From positions 16,185 through 80,184 of the forward strand of contig CAXXCW010000021.1 in NCBI GenBank assembly GCA_963662725.2: 64,000 bases of DNA, read 5' to 3'. Positions 59,314 through 64,000 of the stretch are shown here, one piece after another. This DNA is from an uncultured Sphaerochaeta sp. GTDB lineage: Bacteria > Spirochaetota > Spirochaetia > Sphaerochaetales > Sphaerochaetaceae. Under the pieces are notes generated by a model, which ran no database searches, was not told the DNA's origin, and saw nothing but the letters and a program-made list of their open reading frames with translations. How positions within the stretch are numbered: position 1 is the stretch's first letter; each line of letters begins with the position of its first letter. A program made the translations under genes and the position numbers.

Positions 59314-61101
59314 GTGCGTAGAGGATTCTTCTTCCGATTGTTGTATAGTTTCATGATGGTGAGCATCGTCCCGGTAATAGTGCTGGGGGTGTTCACTATG
59401 TTCATCTCCATGAAAGTCTCAATGAATCAGTTGGAGAAGCAGGTGAAGGGCACATCCCTACGCTCAGGCGATACCATCAGCCGGCTTTTTTCAGATTTTG
59501 GTGAACGGCTTGAGGTTTTTTGTGAAGACAGGACACTGGTTGACCTGTTGAAAAGTGCAGAGACTTCTGAATCTGCGAAACAGGACATCTATCAGAAGAT
59601 GTATATCCTGCTTGTGGGGTATGCCTCCGAGTTTGGCATGCATCTGGTTTCCCGTGATGGTGCGTTTTCGGTTTCCCACCGTTTTCAGTCTCCCCTCTAT
59701 GACGCTGCAATGTTTTCCCAATGGGGGTTGCTCCGAGCCGTTGCAAACCAGGAGAAGTTTGTTGTGTACCCTAATCGGTATCTCACCCCAGAAGGGGTGG
59801 AAATTGCCGTTTCCTTAGGGTGTGCGGTCAGGGACCCTGAGACCAGGGAGGTGCTGGGATATGCCCTGTTGGACATTCCGTACCAGAGCATCGAAAAGGT
59901 GCTCAGTGGAGTGGCAACAGATCTCCCCGTATTGTATGCGCTGTTGGATGCACAGCAATTTTTGGTATATGACAATCTGGGGATAGGGGAAGGCTCCCCG
60001 TTTGTTAAGGAATCGTATCGTGCGAAGATCGCTCCTGCCCTGGAGGACGAGAGGTATCTGCAACGTTTCAAGGGTGAACGGTTTCTTCTGGCAAGCGGAC
60101 AGGTCCTTCCCTTCGGTCTGCAGATCGTATCAGCTGTTCCCGTAGGTCTGGTTTTCCGCAACCTGACCTACATTGGATTTGTTACCCTGATCCTCGCAGT
60201 GCTCGCCTTGATCCTCTGCTTGATTTTCTCTTGGATGGTTGCAAAAAGTATCAGCACCCCTGTCCTGGAAATTGTTCGCGTCATGGCACGTGTCGAACAA
60301 GGGGATATGCAGATACGCTCCAATATAAAAAGCCGCGATGAGATCGGTTTGCTCTCCCGAGGCCTGAACAGAATGATCTGGAAGCTTGACAGGCTTTTTC
60401 GCCTGGACCTGGAGAAGCAGGACCGTTTGCGGCTTGCCGAGATCAAACATCTCCAGGCACAGATAAACCCTCATTTTCTCTACAACACCTTGGACAGCAT
60501 CCGCTATCTCTCAAAGCTCAACATGAATAAGGAGATCAATCTCATTGTTTCCCGGTTAGGGATCTTGTTGAAGAGCAGCATGGCTAACAATGGTGATATT
60601 GAGACTGTTGATGAGACGATGCAGGTCATTGTCAGTTACTTGGCCATCCAACAGGTGATCTATCCGGACAAGTTCGATTTTTCCCTCGATATACCAGAGG
60701 AGCTTCACAAGGTTCTCTTGCCCAAACTCATCATCCAGCCAATCGTTGAAAATGCAATTTTTCATGGAATGGGAGCCATAGCCAGGAAATGTTTGCTGCA
60801 GATCAGAGCAAGAGAGGAGAACAATACCTGCATCATTGAAATCATTGATGATGGTGCTGGCATGGAGGACAGCGTTTTGTCCAGACTATTGGAGCCTGAA
60901 GGGGAAAATACCCTATCCAAGGGCATTGGCGTCAATAATGTCCATCGTAGGATACAGCTGTACTATGGTTCTGAATACGGGTTGGAGATCAGGAGCCAGG
61001 TAGGATTGGGCACGGTTGTCAGTATATCGGTTCCCCTTGTCTATGAGACCCAATGGTTTCGTAACAAAGACAGGGATAGGGAGGTGCCATGTATCGAGTA
61101 G
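59314..61101 (+). CDS. sensor histidine kinase (YesM type)
   Basis: Two TM segments, HAMP (SRDEIG), LQAQINPHFLYNTL, QPIVENA, DDGAG. Confidence 0.93.
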   Translation: MRRGFFFRLLYSFMMVSIVPVIVLGVFTMFISMKVSMNQLEKQVKGTSLRSGDTISRLFSDFGERLEVFCEDRTLVDLLKSAETSESAKQDIYQKMYILLVGYASEFGMHLVSRDGAFSVSHRFQSPLYDAAMFSQWGLLRAVANQEKFVVYPNRYLTPEGVEIAVSLGCAVRDPETREVLGYALLDIPYQSIEKVLSGVATDLPVLYALLDAQQFLVYDNLGIGEGSPFVKESYRAKIAPALEDERYLQRFKGERFLLASGQVLPFGLQIVSAVPVGLVFRNLTYIGFVTLILAVLALILCLIFSWMVAKSISTPVLEIVRVMARVEQGDMQIRSNIKSRDEIGLLSRGLNRMIWKLDRLFRLDLEKQDRLRLAEIKHLQAQINPHFLYNTLDSIRYLSKLNMNKEINLIVSRLGILLKSSMANNGDIETVDETMQVIVSYLAIQQVIYPDKFDFSLDIPEELHKVLLPKLIIQPIVENAIFHGMGAIARKCLLQIRAREENNTCIIEIIDDGAGMEDSVLSRLLEPEGENTLSKGIGVNNVHRRIQLYYGSEYGLEIRSQVGLGTVVSISVPLVYETQWFRNKDRDREVPCIE

Positions 61102-61877
61102 TAGTTGTGGAGGATTCCCTACTGCTGAGGAAGGGGATCATCTTTACCACAGACTGGAATGCCTTGCACTGTGAAGTGGTGGGTGAGGCTGAGAATGGTC
61201 TGGAAGGGCTCAGTATCATTTTGGAGTTGCGTCCTGATATCGTCATCACAGATATACGGATGCCGGGTTTGGATGGTATCCAGATGATCGAGAGGCTCCA
61301 AAACCAATGTGACGCACTGTTCATAATCCTGACTGCCTACAATAGTTTCGAATATGCCCGAAAGGCTTTACGGTACGGGGTGGTCGAATATATTTCAAAG
61401 CCCTTGGATGAATTGGAGTTCCAAACGCTACTTGTGAGAACTTGTGCAAAAGTAGCTCAACGCAAAGAGTACGAAAAAGTAAAAGTGCAGATGGAAAAAA
61501 TGGATGACAGCCGCATCATGCTATTCCAGGAGTATCTCCGAGGTGATCAAAGCGTGCAGAAAAGCCATGTGTCCCGAGCTGTACATTTTATCGAATCCAA
61601 TTTTTCTGATGATATTGGTGTTCAGGAGATATCCAAAGGATTGCAGATGAGCGAAAGCTACCTGAGTCGTCTGTTTAAGGATGAGACGGGGTATACTATC
61701 GGCGATTATCTGTTGAACTATAGGATTAAACAGGCTTGCCTGCTCTTGGATGACAGTTCAGCAAAAATCTATGAGGTGGCCAATCAGGTAGGCTTTCGGG
61801 ACCAAAGGTATTTCAGTGTGCTTTTCAAAAAGATCGTAGGCATTACTCCCCGTGAATTTCAGAACAAACTGAACTGA
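61089..61877 (+). CDS. response regulator with AraC HTH (YesN type)
   Basis: VVVED, TDIRMPGLDG, YLSRLFK, YFSVLFKKIVGITP. Confidence 0.93.
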   Translation: MYRVVVVEDSLLLRKGIIFTTDWNALHCEVVGEAENGLEGLSIILELRPDIVITDIRMPGLDGIQMIERLQNQCDALFIILTAYNSFEYARKALRYGVVEYISKPLDELEFQTLLVRTCAKVAQRKEYEKVKVQMEKMDDSRIMLFQEYLRGDQSVQKSHVSRAVHFIESNFSDDIGVQEISKGLQMSESYLSRLFKDETGYTIGDYLLNYRIKQACLLLDDSSAKIYEVANQVGFRDQRYFSVLFKKIVGITPREFQNKLN

Positions 61878-62278
61878 AGGGCCAAAACACTGGTCTGTAT
61901 TGTCAGAAAGGTTGTCAGGATGAAATATGAGGGGAAAAACAACAAGAGGATCTCTGCGATACCAAAACCAAGCTTAGGACATTTGTGGCAACCCCATCCC
62001 GAATTATGATGCCGGATGCCAAGAAGCCCTTCAGAATGCATGCATAAGCGGTTCGACTCGTCCGGATAGGAAAGCCATGACGAACAGTACCCGGTGGATG
62101 CTGAGAAACAAAATTGAAATAAGAATATACAAACTGTCATATCTTGTAATGATTATAACGGTATTATCCAAAAAGAGAACGGAACAATGCAATAAGTTGC
62201 CCTTCTATCAGCTTGCACAAGCTTCCTTTACTTGGTACTATTGATATATAAAATAAAGAACTTAAAAAGGAGCATACA

Positions 62279-62692
62279 ATGGACAACAAAGACAATGCTA
62301 AAAGAGAAAGCATCGAATTTCTGATTAAGGATACTGACATGTTCCTTGATTCAGATTATGATAGACTATCAGCACATATAGAGGGTCACCGCTACTTTCT
62401 GGGAAAAGATTTGAAGATTAATATTTCCTGGGATGAGGCAACCTTCTCATGGATGAGCAATATTTACCAGCCGATCAGCCAGGTCATGGAAAATTGGACA
62501 ACTCAGATGAGTTTCCCCGGAAGACGGAGAGCCGATGTGTTCTTTGAAATCTGCGACCACCTCTACTACCTGAGTCTGGAAAAGGGCAGGGAAGTGAACG
62601 TCTACGAGGCTGTCCTCAGCTATGATGCCAATTTCGGAAAGGCGCTCGGTCGCTTTATGGCGAAGCTCCTTTCTTCCAAAAGCGTCGCATAA
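62279..62692 (+). CDS. conserved hypothetical protein (DUF4032-like helical domain)
   Basis: AAGGAG SD; HIEGHRYFL...EA..SW..NIYQP and a second H.YYL...EA repeat. Confidence 0.65.
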   Translation: MDNKDNAKRESIEFLIKDTDMFLDSDYDRLSAHIEGHRYFLGKDLKINISWDEATFSWMSNIYQPISQVMENWTTQMSFPGRRRADVFFEICDHLYYLSLEKGREVNVYEAVLSYDANFGKALGRFMAKLLSSKSVA

Positions 62693-62721
62693 CAGGCAGG
62701 ACCTAGTCTGATACATATATA

Positions 62722-62750
62722 GGAAGACGACCCGCATCGGGTCGTCTTCT
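62722..62750 (+). terminator. stem-loop terminator
   Basis: GAAGACGACCC-gcatc-GGGTCGTCTTC. Confidence 0.65.
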
Positions 62751-63031
62751 GTCGTTGCACATAGCTCTGTGCATATCAGCGCCACAGTACTTTGCAAGAT
62801 TCGACTTGTAGGGAGGCATAGGAGAGCCTTTGCAGCCCTCATGCCTTTGAGGCTGCAATGAGCGGTAATTCACAACTGCGGTTGCAAGATGATCACCCTT
62901 TTCGTTCAGTAGATACCCGAAAGCACTGGCTTGGGGTGTTGGTGGGAATGAAAAATAAAAAAAATGGCAATCTGTTTGTCTTCCAAACACACTGCCATCT
63001 CTTTATTCTTCCTCTGAAGAGTGTACATTAG

Positions 63032-63104
63032 TCGGAGCGAAAGGACTCGAACCTTCGATTTCCTGCTCCCAAAGCAGGCGCCTTAGCCACTAGGCAACGC
63101 TCCG
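63032..63104 (-). tRNA. tRNA-Pro(UGG), CCA not encoded
   Basis: CGGAGCG acceptor, CCTGC-TTTGGGA-GCAGG anticodon arm, GGTTCGAGTCC T arm. Confidence 0.95.
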
Positions 63105-63161
63105 AAACCATGGTGAGTATACGCACTTGAGCTTGATAGCGTCAAGGGGTAGTATGAAACA

Positions 63162-63809
63162 ATGACAAAAATTAAACAAAAGGCAGAGAAGGTCTATGCA
63201 ATCCTAGATGAACTGCTGCCTCCCCAGATCCAATTCCTTGAGCAACGTGACCCATTCCGGTTCATGATTAGTGTCATCCTGTCAGCCCAGACAACTGATA
63301 GGATCGTCAATATAGTGACAGGCCCGCTGTTTGAACGCTTCCCCACCGTAGAGGCCCTTGCCTCTGCCCCCCTATCTGAGGTGGAAGAGATCATATTCCC
63401 TACAGGTTTCTACCGCATGAAGGCAAGGAACATCACCTCGTGTGCCCAGGCTCTGGTAGGAAAGGAAATCCCTTCCACGATGGAGGAGTTGGTCAGGCTT
63501 CCCGGGGTGGGGCGCAAGACAGCTAGCTGTGTGCTCGGGGATATCTATGGCAAGCCTGCCATCATTGTCGATACGCATTTTGGGAGGGTTGTCCGGCGCC
63601 TCGGTCTTGTCGATACCAAGGACCCTGAAAAGATTGAGAGACTCGTTTCAGTGTTGCTGGATGAGTCCAAGCACTACCGGTTCTCGATGACAGCAAACAT
63701 GTTCGGAAGAACCGTCTGTCATGCAAAGAAGCCTGGGTGTGAGAAGTGTCCGCTCAGATCCCTCTGCCCTTCTGCAGACGCTTTTCTGCAAGGGTCCTCC
63801 AACGGGTGA
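63162..63809 (+). CDS. nth: endonuclease III
   Basis: LSAQTTD, LPGVGRKTA, VDTH, C-x6-C-x2-C-x5-C. Confidence 0.95.
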   Translation: MTKIKQKAEKVYAILDELLPPQIQFLEQRDPFRFMISVILSAQTTDRIVNIVTGPLFERFPTVEALASAPLSEVEEIIFPTGFYRMKARNITSCAQALVGKEIPSTMEELVRLPGVGRKTASCVLGDIYGKPAIIVDTHFGRVVRRLGLVDTKDPEKIERLVSVLLDESKHYRFSMTANMFGRTVCHAKKPGCEKCPLRSLCPSADAFLQGSSNG

Positions 63810-64000
63810 TCTCTCCCTCTCTCTGTATCTCCACCAGGGCGAGACGAAGGTTCTTCAGGGCAGGTATTGTCGCTTCATAGTCCATGGCCACCTCTCCCAG
63901 ATATATGCCGCTGTATGGGTGGCTCACCCCCAGTTCGCCCCTTATCTGATCGAGGTCTTTTCCTTCTATCGGAAAGAAAAGGGTATTGCTGCGGTATGCT
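63754..64000 (-). CDS. hypothetical protein, C-terminal part (runs off window end)
   Basis: Open frame AYRSNTLFFPIEGKDLDQIRGELG...KRLQKGRGI* converging on and overlapping the nth 3' end. Confidence 0.5.
   Translation of the reverse strand, partial: AYRSNTLFFPIEGKDLDQIRGELGVSHPYSGIYLGEVAMDYEATIPALKNLRLALVEIQREGEITRWRTLAEKRLQKGRGI

Noticed and set aside
61880-62200. 93-aa minus-strand ORF after the response regulator
   Set aside because: No motif, atypical composition, overlaps the regulator's stop

Overview
Mostly housekeeping chromosome of an anaerobic bacterium. Signal peptides of the 'LFA-G-KE' type, the long PPi-PFK and the overall gene set suggest a Sphaerochaeta-like spirochaete (inference). 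The window holds three ABC transport loci (a PotA/AfuC-type system with an MBL hydrolase and GntR; potABCD; an AfuABC-like system with two binding proteins and a YesM/YesN-type two-component pair), pfp, two GH2 glycosidases, asnS, two acyl-CoA ligases, a frameshifted DAHP synthase, sulfur/methionine genes (tandem Rrf2-cysK, deaminase-mtnA-phosphorylase, metY-metA), rsgA with a decayed RNHCP gene, putP, sodA, nth, tRNA-Arg(UCU), tRNA-Pro(UGG), a complete IS66, and several mobile-element scars (internally deleted group IIC intron, tnpB remnant, 30-bp IS-like footprint in a terminator, transposase-like N-terminus fused to a cyclase-family hydrolase). The best candidate for an undescribed system is an unannotated Met/Cys-rich 16-codon leader peptide with its own promoter, strong SD, SD-pairing hairpin and C-rich tract upstream of metY-metA, which suggests ribosome-mediated attenuation of methionine synthesis. 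Also notable: two tandem Rrf2 regulators that both end in CysK-docking-like tails, and a CDA-fold deaminase coupled to a predicted 6-oxopurine-type phosphorylase and a divergent MtnA. No CRISPR array, rRNA or prophage was seen. All family assignments come from motif recognition by eye, not from database searches.
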